Assembly: GCA_016744695.1 (NCBI GenBank)
Contig: JADGDV010000008.1
Location: 30,637-94,636, forward strand
Direction: 5' to 3'
Source: Hahellaceae bacterium
Lineage (GTDB): Bacteria > Pseudomonadota > Gammaproteobacteria > Pseudomonadales > Oleiphilaceae
Length of the DNA stretch: 64,000 nt
This document shows positions 9,387 to 19,533 of the stretch, in pieces. Positions within the stretch are counted from its first letter, which is position 1, and each line of letters begins with the position of its first letter. The notes under the pieces were generated by a model. The model made no database searches. It was given only the letters and a program-made list of their open reading frames with translations, and was not told where the DNA came from. The position numbers and the translations under genes are program-made.

Positions 9387-10598
9387 TTAGAAAAGATCAA
9401 CTTCGCCGGCATTATTGTCTTCAGGCTCTTCATCTTCTCGCGTTATATTATCTAGGAGAGATTGTTGTTTTTCTGCCAAATGTTGTAGTAGCCGAGAAAC
9501 AGATTTAAACGCGTGACTGGTGTTTGCGCTGCTTTCGATAATTACTTGGGCGGAAGCAATGGTTGAATCGACTTTATTTACAATATAAGACTCTTGGTCA
9601 TCTTCTAGCCCCATTTTTGGGATTTTATCTTCCAGTTCTTCAAGCATTGATGTTAATAACTCAACCACATCAGCCTGGTTCTTTTCAAGACTAGCCCCCA
9701 CTTCAGATAGTGTAGAGCGTACTGCAGAAAAAGAGCTGCTTAACTGAAGTGATTGGGCGTATAAAGCTTGTTCAGTTTCGAGGCTTTTTACTTTTGCATC
9801 TGTTGCCCCCAGCATCGTAGGCAAAAAGTCTTTATAGCGTCCGTAAGTGTCCATATCATTAAGCGGCATGTTTTTTACTAACAGGGCTACTTTGGGGTAA
9901 TTTATCTGTGTTCTGTTACCAAAATCGGTGAAGCGCTCTCCTTTGTCGTAAATTGTTGAGATGACTTCTTTTTCCAAAGGGGATATTTCTCCTGTTGTGG
10001 AGGAGAAAAATGAGTGTTCTTGCATTTCATTAAACATAAGGCTGCACTTCAAGCCTAGGCTATTAGTGATAGCCAAAAATTTATCAGCTAGAGTCGCAAG
10101 GTTTTTAGCGTTATAGCTAGATTCTATATATTGAATGGCTAGGCCCAACTCACTTGAGCCGCGCATGGCTGAAAATGCAGTATTAGTGGCTGTTTCAACC
10201 TGTAGGCAAAGCCCCTCGTTAGCTTCGGTAAATGACGTTAATATGTTTAATTTGGCTATTAACTCCGGTGCCTCAAAGGGTTTTACGAGAAAATCTGCCC
10301 CTCCCGCTTCATAGCCTGCCATGCGAGAATTTAGATTACTCAGGCTCGATAAGAAAATGATAGGAATATGGCTTGTTTCTTTTTCTTCTTTAAGCTTTTT
10401 ACAAACGGAATAACCGTTTTGCCCCGGCATCTCAACATCTAATAAGATAACATCGGGTTGATCTCTTTTAGCTGCTTTAAGACCTTCTTCACCATTAATA
10501 GCAGAGAAAATATGATACTGATTATCTAGTGAGCGCTGCACGATAGAATGAATCAGGGTGTTATCATCAATGGTTAATATTTTAGGTTTTTTTGGCAA
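9387..10598 (-). CDS. Response regulator (REC plus an unassigned C-terminal domain)
   Basis: IDDN, LLDVEMP (phospho-Asp), FLSS and LVKPF in the N-terminal REC domain; TTG start. Confidence 0.85.
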   Translation of the reverse strand: MPKKPKILTIDDNTLIHSIVQRSLDNQYHIFSAINGEEGLKAAKRDQPDVILLDVEMPGQNGYSVCKKLKEEKETSHIPIIFLSSLSNLNSRMAGYEAGGADFLVKPFEAPELIAKLNILTSFTEANEGLCLQVETATNTAFSAMRGSSELGLAIQYIESSYNAKNLATLADKFLAITNSLGLKCSLMFNEMQEHSFFSSTTGEISPLEKEVISTIYDKGERFTDFGNRTQINYPKVALLVKNMPLNDMDTYGRYKDFLPTMLGATDAKVKSLETEQALYAQSLQLSSSFSAVRSTLSEVGASLEKNQADVVELLTSMLEELEDKIPKMGLEDDQESYIVNKVDSTIASAQVIIESSANTSHAFKSVSRLLQHLAEKQQSLLDNITREDEEPEDNNAGEVDLF

Positions 10599-10686
10599 AA
10601 TAGTTGTCTCAGTCCATTAAAAAATCACTACTAATAGATGATAGACCATATAATTAATATATTGAAATATGTGAATTAATCTTTTG

Positions 10687-11094
10687 TTATGGGTGTAATA
10701 CTTCACTGGGCAGCTGGCGTATACAGCCGTCTTCATCTATCGCTACAAAAACGAAAGTAGACTCCGTTACTTTTCTTGGATGAGGCTCGTTGTTATCCTG
10801 AGTCCAAACTTCAACGGTGAGCTTTATCGAGCTTCTTCCTACGTCAACCAGTTTTGTATAACAGCTAACATAAGATCCTACTCGAACGGGAGAAATAAAC
10901 TCCATCCCTTCAATAGCAACAGTAGCGGTTCTTCCTTGGGATAACCTGCCAGCTGAGGTGGCTGCCGCCAGGTCCATTTGTCCTACTAGCCAACCTGCGT
11001 GAATATCGCCATTGGCATTAGTGTCTTTTGGCATCGGTACAATCTGAAGTATTAGGTCCCCTGCCGGTTGAGGTTTGTGCTCTTTATGTCTCAT
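10687..11094 (-). CDS. Acyl-CoA thioesterase (YciA-like hotdog fold)
   Basis: MPKDTNANGDIHAGWLVGQMDLAA and FISPVRVG motifs. Confidence 0.9.
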   Translation of the reverse strand: MRHKEHKPQPAGDLILQIVPMPKDTNANGDIHAGWLVGQMDLAAATSAGRLSQGRTATVAIEGMEFISPVRVGSYVSCYTKLVDVGRSSIKLTVEVWTQDNNEPHPRKVTESTFVFVAIDEDGCIRQLPSEVLHP

Positions 11095-11207
11095 GGTCTT
11101 ACTCTTTAGATTGTTATTTTTTTAGTTGATAACATTATAGTGACATTTTTACTACTCATCTGCCTGTTAGGTCAATTATTGTACTTAATACCTTTTTTGC
11201 ATACTTT

Positions 11208-12584
11208 TTAATTATAAATGTAGTCAGGAAGCCACGTGGCTAATTCTGGCCAAACAGCTAATAAACTCAGCATAAAGAGCTGAATAGCAATAAAAGGAAT
11301 CACCCCTTTGTAAATGTCTGAAGTCACGATGCTGTTGGGTGCGACACCTCGTAGATAAAACAATGAGAAGCCGAAAGGGGGGGTTAAAAAGGAGGTTTGT
11401 AGGTTTAAAGCAATCATTATTCCCAGCCAAACCGGGTCTAAGCCCATCGCGAGTAAAACAGGGCCTACAATAGGCACGACCACAAAGGTGATTTCAATAA
11501 AATCAAGAATGAAACCTAGTAAGAATATAACCACCATGACCACGAGTGTTGCGGTAAATACACCTCCAGGCATATCGCTGAGCAGTGAGCGAATGAGTTC
11601 ATCACCACCGTAGCCCCTGAATACCAGTGAAAAAATAGACGCGCCTATCAGTATCATAAACACCATACTGGTTACACGGGTCGTGGTTCTGCACACCTCT
11701 TTTGTTACGTCTATAGTGAGTTGCTTTTTATAGAAAGCAAGTAGCATCGCTCCAAGTGCGCCTACTCCTGCCGCCTCTGTCGGAGTGGCAATGCCGCCTA
11801 AAATTGACCCTAACACGGTAATAATAAGCAGGAGGGGAGGGCTTAGGTCATGAAACAAGGTTAATTTTCTTTTATTCTCTTTATTATCACTCTGGTCTGC
11901 AGGAGGAATAAGGTCTGGTCGGAACTTTGCTACAGCCCAGATATAAAGGATGTAAAGTCCAACGAGGCAGAGACCGGGAATGATAGCACCAACAAAAAGA
12001 TCACCCACTGAAACAGTGTCAGGGCTAAAAATACCCATATCACGTTGCGCTTGCTGATAGGCACTTGAAAGTACATCGCCGAGTAAAACCAAGGCGATAG
12101 AGGGTGGGATTATTTGCCCTAATGTGCCAGTTGCACAAATAGTGCCTGTTGCAATAGAGGGCGCATAGCCTCGTTTTAACATACTCGGTAGCGATATAAG
12201 CCCCATGGTCACAACGGTTGCACCAACAATGCCAGTGCTGGCAGCTAAAAGCATACCAACAAGGGCGACAGATATACCCAGCCCACCTTTAGCGCCTTTA
12301 AATAAAATGGCCATACTTTCGAGTAAGTTTTCAGCCAATTTAGAGCGTTGCAGCATGCAGCCCATAAAAATAAAGAGAGGCACGGCTATGAGTGTTTGGT
12401 TGGTTACTAATCCATAAAGTCGACTGGGGGTTGCAAAAAGAAAGGCGCTATCAAATACACCTGTCATCGTGCCTACAGCGGCAAAGGCTAATGCGGTGCC
12501 AGCGAGCGAGAAAGCAACGGGATAACCCATTAAAAGAACAATACAAACGCTTACGAACATAATCAGAGGTAAGAATTCTAGCAT
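11208..12584 (-). CDS. dctM: TRAP transporter large permease
   Basis: GYPVAFSL, AVPLFIFMG, GTLGQIIPPS and SFLTPPFG motifs. Confidence 0.93.
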   Translation of the reverse strand: MLEFLPLIMFVSVCIVLLMGYPVAFSLAGTALAFAAVGTMTGVFDSAFLFATPSRLYGLVTNQTLIAVPLFIFMGCMLQRSKLAENLLESMAILFKGAKGGLGISVALVGMLLAASTGIVGATVVTMGLISLPSMLKRGYAPSIATGTICATGTLGQIIPPSIALVLLGDVLSSAYQQAQRDMGIFSPDTVSVGDLFVGAIIPGLCLVGLYILYIWAVAKFRPDLIPPADQSDNKENKRKLTLFHDLSPPLLLIITVLGSILGGIATPTEAAGVGALGAMLLAFYKKQLTIDVTKEVCRTTTRVTSMVFMILIGASIFSLVFRGYGGDELIRSLLSDMPGGVFTATLVVMVVIFLLGFILDFIEITFVVVPIVGPVLLAMGLDPVWLGIMIALNLQTSFLTPPFGFSLFYLRGVAPNSIVTSDIYKGVIPFIAIQLFMLSLLAVWPELATWLPDYIYN

Positions 12585-13135
12585 TACAGTGCCCCTTCTT
12601 CTTTATGGTCGTGAGCTACGGGGATACCTGCTAGTTCTGCAACACTTTTTAGTATTTCTGACACTGCTTGAACTAATAACAAGGCAACCATTACTATAAT
12701 TAGGGACTTTAGAAGAAAGACCAGTGGAAGCCCTGACGCTTCAGATGATGTTTCCAGCACTCGCCATGAGCTTTCAATATATGGCCAGCTGCTCCAGCCT
12801 ATAAATAACATGACAGGAATAAGTAAAAACAGCGTGCCGATCAGGTTCACTAAGGCCTTGCCTTTAGTTGAAAGTCGCTGATAAAAAATATCGACTCGCA
12901 CATGTTCATCATGTTTTAAAGTGTAGGCGCTGGCCATTAAAAACACGATGGCGTGCAGGTACATGGCGCTTTCCTGAAGTACGATTGAGCTGTGGTTAAA
13001 TACGTAACGCATGATCACGACCAAGCAGGTTAAAATCACCATTGCAACGTTAAGCCACGCAATGGTGCGACCGGTAAACTCCGTAAATTGATCGATTCGA
13101 TGCGTGGATGCTGTGAGAAAATTACTAAAGGCCAT
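12584..13135 (-). CDS. dctQ: TRAP transporter small permease
   Basis: Four TM segments, HVRVDIFY motif, TAATG overlap with dctM. Confidence 0.9.
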   Translation of the reverse strand: MAFSNFLTASTHRIDQFTEFTGRTIAWLNVAMVILTCLVVIMRYVFNHSSIVLQESAMYLHAIVFLMASAYTLKHDEHVRVDIFYQRLSTKGKALVNLIGTLFLLIPVMLFIGWSSWPYIESSWRVLETSSEASGLPLVFLLKSLIIVMVALLLVQAVSEILKSVAELAGIPVAHDHKEEGAL

Positions 13136-13198
13136 TTGTTGTTGTTTTTTCCTTGCCTGTTTGTTATTGGAATAGCTTGTTAATGAGTGAGGCGAGCT

Positions 13199-13227
13199 AT
13201 TATAGGTGTGGATACGTCATCAACCAA
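13199..13227 (-). promoter_or_regulatory. sigma70 promoter for dctQM
   Basis: Perfect TATAAT on the minus strand (13204-13199); weak -35 TTGGTT 17 bp upstream. Confidence 0.55.
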
Positions 13228-13253
13228 GTGTTTATCTTTACCTGCTTAAAGTA

Positions 13254-13275
13254 AAAAGTGAGTGTTGTCACATGC
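13254..13275. promoter_or_regulatory. CRP/Vfr-like binding site
   Basis: AGTGA-GTGTTG-TCACA at 13257-13272 versus consensus TGTGA-N6-TCACA (one mismatch), with an A-rich left flank. Confidence 0.55.
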
Positions 13276-13298
13276 TTGTCATAAAGCGACTTTATAGT
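13265..13298 (+). promoter_or_regulatory. PhoB box and -10 element of pstS
   Basis: TTGTCAC (13265) and TTGTCAT (13276) direct repeats at 11-bp period; TATAGT -10 at 13293, 10 bp after the 18-bp box. Confidence 0.88.
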
Positions 13299-13389
13299 GT
13301 GCTCAAACCGGACAGAAGAGTAACTTTATTCTTGTAAGTTAATAGTTCTGTTCTTAGAGGTTTATATTGATTTTAAATTGGAGATGACT

Positions 13390-14370
13390 ATGAAATTTAA
13401 GAAGCTATTCGCGGCATTAACAATGACTGCAGCCGTAGCAGGCGCTACTACAGTAAGCGCTGGAGCAAAGGTTGATGAGAATTTAGATACGTATGTTAAA
13501 GCTAGTGGTGTATCAGGTAGCCTATCTAGCGTTGGTTCAGATACATTGGCTAACTTGATGACGCTTTGGGCTGAAGACTTTAAGCGTAACTATCCTAACG
13601 TTAATGTTCAGATTCAGGCGGCTGGCTCGTCTACTGCGCCACCAGCATTAACAGAAGGTACATCAAATGTTGGTCCAATGAGCCGTAAGATGAAGGACAA
13701 AGAAATAGAATCCTTCGAGAAGAAATTCGGTTATAAGCCAACGGCTATTCCAGTAGCGATTGATGCTTTGGCTGTATTTGTAAATAAAGATAACCCTATT
13801 GAGGGTTTAACGATTCCTCAAATTGATGCGATTTTCTCTGCTACTCGTAAGTGTGGCTATGACGCAGACATCTCTAAGTGGAGCGACCTAGGTTTAAGTG
13901 GCAGTCTTGCAACGAGTAGTGTTCAGTTGTTCGGACGTAACTCTGTTTCAGGTACTTATGGTTACTTTAAGAAGAAAGGACTATGTAAGGGCGATTACAA
14001 AAGTAATGTTAATGAGCAGCCTGGTTCAGCGTCTGTAGTGCAGGGTATTTCAGAGTCTATTAATGGTATCGGTTACTCTGGTATCGGTTACAAAACAGCA
14101 AGTGTTCGTGCGGTTCCTTTGGCTAAAAAGCCAGGTCAGCCATTTGTAGAAGCTTCTCCTGATAATGCAGTAACAGGTAAATACCCGCTTTCTCGCTTCT
14201 TATATGTTTACGTGAATAAAGCGCCTAATAAGCCACTTTCTCCATTAGATGGTGAGTTTATTAAATCTGTACTTTCTAAGCAGGGCCAGCAAGTTGTTGT
14301 GAAGGATGGTTATGTGCCACTTCCTGCTGAAGTTGCAGATAAGAGCCTGAAGATGTTGGGTCTTAAGTAA
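13390..14370 (+). CDS. pstS: Phosphate ABC transporter substrate-binding protein
   Basis: [27 protein letters not shown] and YPLSRFLY motifs; signal peptide; ATG at 13390 follows a GGAG RBS (the ORF track start at 13378 is upstream). Confidence 0.96.
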   Translation: MKFKKLFAALTMTAAVAGATTVSAGAKVDENLDTYVKASGVSGSLSSVGSDTLANLMTLWAEDFKRNYPNVNVQIQAAGSSTAPPALTEGTSNVGPMSRKMKDKEIESFEKKFGYKPTAIPVAIDALAVFVNKDNPIEGLTIPQIDAIFSATRKCGYDADISKWSDLGLSGSLATSSVQLFGRNSVSGTYGYFKKKGLCKGDYKSNVNEQPGSASVVQGISESINGIGYSGIGYKTASVRAVPLAKKPGQPFVEASPDNAVTGKYPLSRFLYVYVNKAPNKPLSPLDGEFIKSVLSKQGQQVVVKDGYVPLPAEVADKSLKMLGLK

Positions 14371-14376
14371 TAAACT

Positions 14377-14454
14377 GTGGCTGTGCAACGGAATCCGGGG
14401 GTTGTCTGACTTCGCTGAATAAACCCTGATTCCGCTTCGCTGCATCAAGGCTAC
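14377..14454. repeat. REP-like pair (GTAG family, class B): one intact and one decayed copy, inverted
   Basis: Minus strand 14454-14424 reads GTAGCCTTGATGCAGCGAAGCGGAATCAGGG (GTAG plus hairpin). The degenerate partner GTGGCTGTGCAACGGAATCCGGGG lies at 14377-14400. Confidence 0.65.
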
Positions 14455-14467
14455 AAGTTAAAAAACA

Positions 14468-14498
14468 AAAAAAACCGGGCCTTGAGCCCGGTTTTTTT
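14468..14498 (+). terminator. Rho-independent terminator after pstS
   Basis: A-tract, CCGGGC-CTTGA-GCCCGG, then T7. Confidence 0.9.
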
Positions 14499-14545
14499 GT
14501 ATCTGCCATTTACCTATTAGCTACTTTATTAGACATATCATATCT

Positions 14546-14579
14546 CTGTAATATTACTGTCACATTCGATCTTTATCCT
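14546..14579 (+). promoter_or_regulatory. Internal PhoB box and -10 element for pstCAB-phoU
   Basis: CTGTAAT (14546) and CTGTCAC (14557) at 11-bp period; TATCCT at 14574, the same 10-bp gap as at pstS. Confidence 0.82.
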
Positions 14580-14621
14580 ACGCACATCGATATTGGATCA
14601 TGTTTTTGGATTGAGTGATAA

Positions 14622-16919
14622 ATGAGTGATCAAACTGTTATAAAAGCACCAGAGCTTGACTTTAATACTCCGCAGTTACTTCGCTACCGCAAGGTGCGAT
14701 CCCTAAAGGATAAGGCTGCTGAGATCTCCATTGGTATGGGCGGGATCAGTGTTATTCTCGCTATCTGTCTTATTTTCTTCTACTTGCTGTATGAAGTTAT
14801 GCCGATGTTTAAGCCTGCTCATATGAGTCAGGTTGCTGAATATAGTATTCCCGGAAGTGATCAGTTAGAAAACGGAGCTTCTTCTAAAACGGTTTACTTA
14901 GCCATGGAGGAGCAGGCAGAAAAAGCTATTCGAGTGACGTCTGCCGGCCAGGTTGTATTCTTTAATGTTAAAGATGGCTCTCTTGTTTCTGAGCAAGCTC
15001 TGCCTCTTCCAGAAGGCGTAAGGGTTTCTAGTTTTGCAGAGTCAGCTATTGGTAATCATTTAGTGATTGCGGGCTTGTCTGATGGCACGGCTATTATTTT
15101 CAAACATCGTTATAAAATGACCTTCCCTAATGACGTGCGTGTTATTACACCCATTATAGAATTCCCTTATGGTGATGAGCCTATTGAGCTGGATACTAAT
15201 GGCGGTGCAATAAATAAAATAGTCCTTAGGGATTCCGAATCAGCACTGTTTGTTATTGGCTTGAATAGCAATAATGCACTGTTTTCAACCTACCTTTCAA
15301 AAGAAGAAGATTTCTTAAGTGGCGACGTTGTTTTGGAAGCGTCTGATGTAGCAATGCCAAATCTTAATGATGATGTGGTGGATATGCAGCTGGGGCCAGA
15401 CCTGCGTTGGTTATATATTTCAACCGCGCATGGCAAGCTCGATGTGTATGATTTGTCTGATCATGAAAAACCATTATTAAACAGCCGGGTTGATTTAACG
15501 GATGGTCAATATCAAATAACCTCGCTTGAATTACTGCTAGGCGGTATTTCTGTCTTAGCGTCTGATTCCAGTGGGTCTGTCTCTCAATGGTTTATGGTTA
15601 GAGATGAGAATAACGAATATACATTACAAAAAATACGTAGTTTCAGTCACAGTCAGTCACCCATAACCAGTGTTGCTTCAGAGCATCGTCGTAAGGGTTT
15701 TATTGTGGGTGATGAAGATGGGCATATTTCAATTTTCAATGCCACGGCACAGCGAATGCTGGTTGATGAAAAGGTAGTTGAAGGCGAAGTTAATCACTTG
15801 ATTATTGCGCCCCGAGCGAATTTTTTGATGTTTGAAAATGATGCAGGCCAATTAGTGTTATGGGCTGTTGATAATGAGCACCCTGAAGTATCTTGGGCGG
15901 CTTTATGGGACAAAGTTTGGTATGAAGGTTATGAAGAGGCTGATTATATTTGGCAGTCATCCGCAGCCAATAATGACTTTGAACCAAAGTATAGTTTAAT
16001 GCCCCTGGCGTTTGGTACCTTGAAAGCCGCGTTTTACGCCATGTTAATTGCTGCGCCATTAGCCATTTGTGGTGCATTGTATACGGCTTACTTTATGGCT
16101 CCAGCATTACGTCGTAAGGTTAAGCCCACTATTGAACTGATGGAAGCACTACCCACCGTTATTCTTGGGTTTTTGGCTGGTTTGTTCTTTGCTCCGTTTA
16201 TGGAAGTTCATTTACCCGGCATCTTTAGCTGGCTACTGATCACGCCACTTTCTATTGTGTTGTTTGGCTTTGTTTGGGCAAACTTGCCTGCATCCATTCG
16301 TCATAAAATTCCAGAAGGTTGGGACCCATTATTATTGTTGCCTTGGATTACTGTAGTGAGCTGGTTTTGTTTTGAAATGAGCCCTGTGATTGAGCAGTTC
16401 TTCTTTGATGGCGATATGCGTGGCTGGTTAACCAATGACTTGGGGATAAACTTTGATCAGCGTAATGCCTTAGTCGTTGGCGCAGCTATGGGCTTTGCGG
16501 TCATTCCGACTATTTTCTCTATTACTGAAGATGCGATATTCAGTGTGCCTAAACACCTGAGTTATGGTTCGTTAGCGTTAGGAGCGACACCTTGGCAGAC
16601 AGCCATTCGCGTGGTGCTTCCTACCGCAAGCCCCGGTATATTCTCTGCCTTAATGATAGGCATGGGGCGCGCAGTGGGTGAAACGATGATTGTACTGATG
16701 GCGACGGGTAATACACCGATTATGGATGTGAATATATTTGAAGGTATGAGAACGCTCTCGGCTAATATTGCGGTTGAAATGCCAGAGGCTGAAGTGGGAA
16801 GTTCACACTATCGAATATTGTTTTTAGCAGCCTTTGTATTGTTCCTCTTTACCTTTGTGGTCAATACGGCGGCAGAATTTGTGAGACAGCGATTAAGAAC
16901 CAAGTACACCGTACTTTAA
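14622..16919 (+). CDS. pstC: Phosphate ABC transporter permease PstC (long periplasmic-domain form)
   Basis: PLAFGTLKAAFYA, EALPTVILGFLAG, GSLALGATPWQT and RAVGETM motifs. Confidence 0.93.
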   Translation: MSDQTVIKAPELDFNTPQLLRYRKVRSLKDKAAEISIGMGGISVILAICLIFFYLLYEVMPMFKPAHMSQVAEYSIPGSDQLENGASSKTVYLAMEEQAEKAIRVTSAGQVVFFNVKDGSLVSEQALPLPEGVRVSSFAESAIGNHLVIAGLSDGTAIIFKHRYKMTFPNDVRVITPIIEFPYGDEPIELDTNGGAINKIVLRDSESALFVIGLNSNNALFSTYLSKEEDFLSGDVVLEASDVAMPNLNDDVVDMQLGPDLRWLYISTAHGKLDVYDLSDHEKPLLNSRVDLTDGQYQITSLELLLGGISVLASDSSGSVSQWFMVRDENNEYTLQKIRSFSHSQSPITSVASEHRRKGFIVGDEDGHISIFNATAQRMLVDEKVVEGEVNHLIIAPRANFLMFENDAGQLVLWAVDNEHPEVSWAALWDKVWYEGYEEADYIWQSSAANNDFEPKYSLMPLAFGTLKAAFYAMLIAAPLAICGALYTAYFMAPALRRKVKPTIELMEALPTVILGFLAGLFFAPFMEVHLPGIFSWLLITPLSIVLFGFVWANLPASIRHKIPEGWDPLLLLPWITVVSWFCFEMSPVIEQFFFDGDMRGWLTNDLGINFDQRNALVVGAAMGFAVIPTIFSITEDAIFSVPKHLSYGSLALGATPWQTAIRVVLPTASPGIFSALMIGMGRAVGETMIVLMATGNTPIMDVNIFEGMRTLSANIAVEMPEAEVGSSHYRILFLAAFVLFLFTFVVNTAAEFVRQRLRTKYTVL

Positions 16920-16930
16920 TTAAGAGATAA

Positions 16931-18601
16931 ATGATAATGCGAGTTTCTTTTAAACAATGGGCACAAAAAGGCGATCCGTGGGTCTGGCTGAATGCTGGCG
17001 CGGTTGCTATTAGTCTCGTGATGGTTATTGGTTTGCTAGGGTTAATTGCCTCAAAAGGGCTGGTGCATTTTTGGCCGCACCCAGTTCTGGAAGCTGACTA
17101 TATAGCGGATGAAAATTCACGTACGGTAATCATCGGAGAAGTGGTTGAAACAGAAGAAGTGCCCGCTGAACAGCTGCGTACGGCAGGTGTTGATGTAGCT
17201 GAAGGTGTTGAGTCTTTGCGCCGAGACTTGTTTAAAATTGGTAACCGCGATGTAAGTGGTTTTGATTTTAGATGGATTTTGGAACGAGACCTTGAGAATA
17301 AACGTTACCCTGAAACCGTCATGACGATGGAGCGTTATGAATGGGGTAACTTCTATGGTTACTTGAAGGCAGTTAAAGAAGACGGAAAAGAGGTTGCTGT
17401 TAATGATTTGGCCTGGGCCGAACTGCAACAACGCTTAGAAAGAGCGCATAGTATTCGTGAAAAAATTGAGGAGATAGAGCAAGGCCAGATTGGTGGGATT
17501 AATCGGGGCATTGAGCGCTTGCGTCTTAAGGAAAAAGCGCTTCAACTTAAAAATAAAGCCACCCCTCAACGCTTATTGGCCATACAGACTGAGCGAGCAG
17601 AGTATGATGCTGAATATGAAGGCTTACAAGGCGAGTTAACGGCACTGTACGGTGAAATAAATAGAGATAGCCTCATAGCAAGTACAATGGATGGCACCGT
17701 AATAGAAATGCCTTTGGCTAAAGTCGTTAAAGCGTTTCGTCCTAATCAAATGAACCTGTATGAAAAAATTGTATTTTATGTAAAACAAGTAGGATCATTT
17801 ATTACTGAAGATCCTAGAGAGGCCAATACAGAGGGGGGTATTTTCCCTGCTATATTTGGTACCGTTTTGATGGTGTTATTAATGTCTATATTGGTAACAC
17901 CTTTAGGGGTTGTTGCTGCCGTTTACCTGCGTGAATATGCTCGCCAAGGGCCGATTACGCGCATATTACGAATAGCGGTGAATAACCTCGCGGGTGTACC
18001 TTCAATTGTGTATGGTATTTTCGGGCTAGGATTTTTTATCTACTTTATTGGTTCAGGGGTCGATCAAGCACTATTTCCTGAAGCATTGCCATCGCCGACC
18101 TTTGGTACTCCTGGTTTATTATGGGCGTCTATTACTCTAGCCTTGTTGACCTTGCCAGTGGTCATTGTTGCGACTGAAGAAGGCTTGTCTCGTATTCCTC
18201 GATCTATCCGCGAGGGTAGTTTAGCTTTAGGCGCAACCAAAGCAGAGACTTTATGGCGTGTTGTTATACCTATGGCAAGCCCTGCAATGATGACGGGGGT
18301 GATTCTTGCTATCGCCAGGGCCGCGGGTGAAGTGGCTCCATTAATGTTGGTAGGCGTGGTAAAATTAGCACCGTCACTGCCTTTAGATGGTAGCTACCCT
18401 TATCTTCATTTAGATCAGAAATTTATGCACTTGGGCTTCCACATTTATGATGTTGGTTTTCAGAGTCCTAACGTTGAAGCAGCGCGACCCTTAGTTTACG
18501 CCACATCATTATTGTTAGTTGTGGTTATTGCCTTGCTTAATCTCTCTGCTGTTTCAATTCGAAACCGCTTAAGAGAAAAATACAAAGCGCTAGAGATGTA
18601 A
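16931..18601 (+). CDS. pstA: Phosphate ABC transporter permease PstA (long form)
   Basis: PREANTEGGIFPAIFGT, NLAGVPSIVYG and ARAAGEVAPL motifs. Confidence 0.94.
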   Translation: MIMRVSFKQWAQKGDPWVWLNAGAVAISLVMVIGLLGLIASKGLVHFWPHPVLEADYIADENSRTVIIGEVVETEEVPAEQLRTAGVDVAEGVESLRRDLFKIGNRDVSGFDFRWILERDLENKRYPETVMTMERYEWGNFYGYLKAVKEDGKEVAVNDLAWAELQQRLERAHSIREKIEEIEQGQIGGINRGIERLRLKEKALQLKNKATPQRLLAIQTERAEYDAEYEGLQGELTALYGEINRDSLIASTMDGTVIEMPLAKVVKAFRPNQMNLYEKIVFYVKQVGSFITEDPREANTEGGIFPAIFGTVLMVLLMSILVTPLGVVAAVYLREYARQGPITRILRIAVNNLAGVPSIVYGIFGLGFFIYFIGSGVDQALFPEALPSPTFGTPGLLWASITLALLTLPVVIVATEEGLSRIPRSIREGSLALGATKAETLWRVVIPMASPAMMTGVILAIARAAGEVAPLMLVGVVKLAPSLPLDGSYPYLHLDQKFMHLGFHIYDVGFQSPNVEAARPLVYATSLLLVVVIALLNLSAVSIRNRLREKYKALEM

Positions 18602-18674
18602 GTCTCTGTTTATAGAGAGCATATACATATTTACCGCGCGTAAACCTATTTAAGTTTAGAAGAGTGAAGTACCC

Positions 18675-19514
18675 ATGACTGAAGCAGCACAAACAAAGAC
18701 CCACGCTATTGATATAAGTTCGTTGGGAAGAGTTTCAGAAGCATTGAATTTGGAAAATGAAAAAATCAGCCTGGAAATTAAAGATCTCAAGTTGAGCTAT
18801 GGCGAAAAAGAAGCGCTGCATGGTATTAACTTGCGAATTCCTCAGAAACGAGTGACATCATTTATAGGGCCGTCGGGTTGTGGTAAATCAACGTTGTTAC
18901 GTTGCTTTAACCGCATGAATGACTTGGTTGATGGCTGTAATATTAATGGCCAAGTACTGCTTGATGACCAGAATATATATGACCGAAAGGTTGATGTAGC
19001 TGAATTGCGTAGACGAGTGGGTATGGTATTTCAGAAGCCCAACCCGTTTCCTAAATCAATTTATGAGAATGTTGCTTACGGACTTCGCATACAAGGCATC
19101 AATAAAAAGCGTGTACTGGATGAAACAGTCGAGTGGGCACTGCGCTCAGCGGCTTTATGGGATGAAGTTAAAGACCGATTAGACGAAAGTGCCTTGGGTA
19201 TGTCTGGTGGCCAGCAACAGCGTTTGGTTATAGCGCGTACGGTGGCCGTTAAACCAGAGGTTTTATTACTCGATGAGCCTGCATCGGCACTCGACCCATT
19301 ATCAACCCTTAAAATTGAAGAGTTGATCCATGAGTTGAAAAATGACTACACCATTGTGATCGTAACTCACAATATGCAACAGGCTGCGCGAGTTTCTGAC
19401 TACACTGCCTTTATGTATATGGGGGATATGGTTGAGTTTGGTAGCACTAATGAGTTGTTTACTAACCCAAGCAAAAAGCAGACAGAAGATTATATTACCG
19501 GCCGATATGGCTAG
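18675..19514 (+). CDS. pstB: Phosphate ABC transporter ATPase
   Basis: [28 protein letters not shown] and [10 protein letters not shown] motifs. Confidence 0.97.
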   Translation: MTEAAQTKTHAIDISSLGRVSEALNLENEKISLEIKDLKLSYGEKEALHGINLRIPQKRVTSFIGPSGCGKSTLLRCFNRMNDLVDGCNINGQVLLDDQNIYDRKVDVAELRRRVGMVFQKPNPFPKSIYENVAYGLRIQGINKKRVLDETVEWALRSAALWDEVKDRLDESALGMSGGQQQRLVIARTVAVKPEVLLLDEPASALDPLSTLKIEELIHELKNDYTIVIVTHNMQQAARVSDYTAFMYMGDMVEFGSTNELFTNPSKKQTEDYITGRYG

Positions 19515-19533
19515 GGTTTGGATTAGATAAAAC

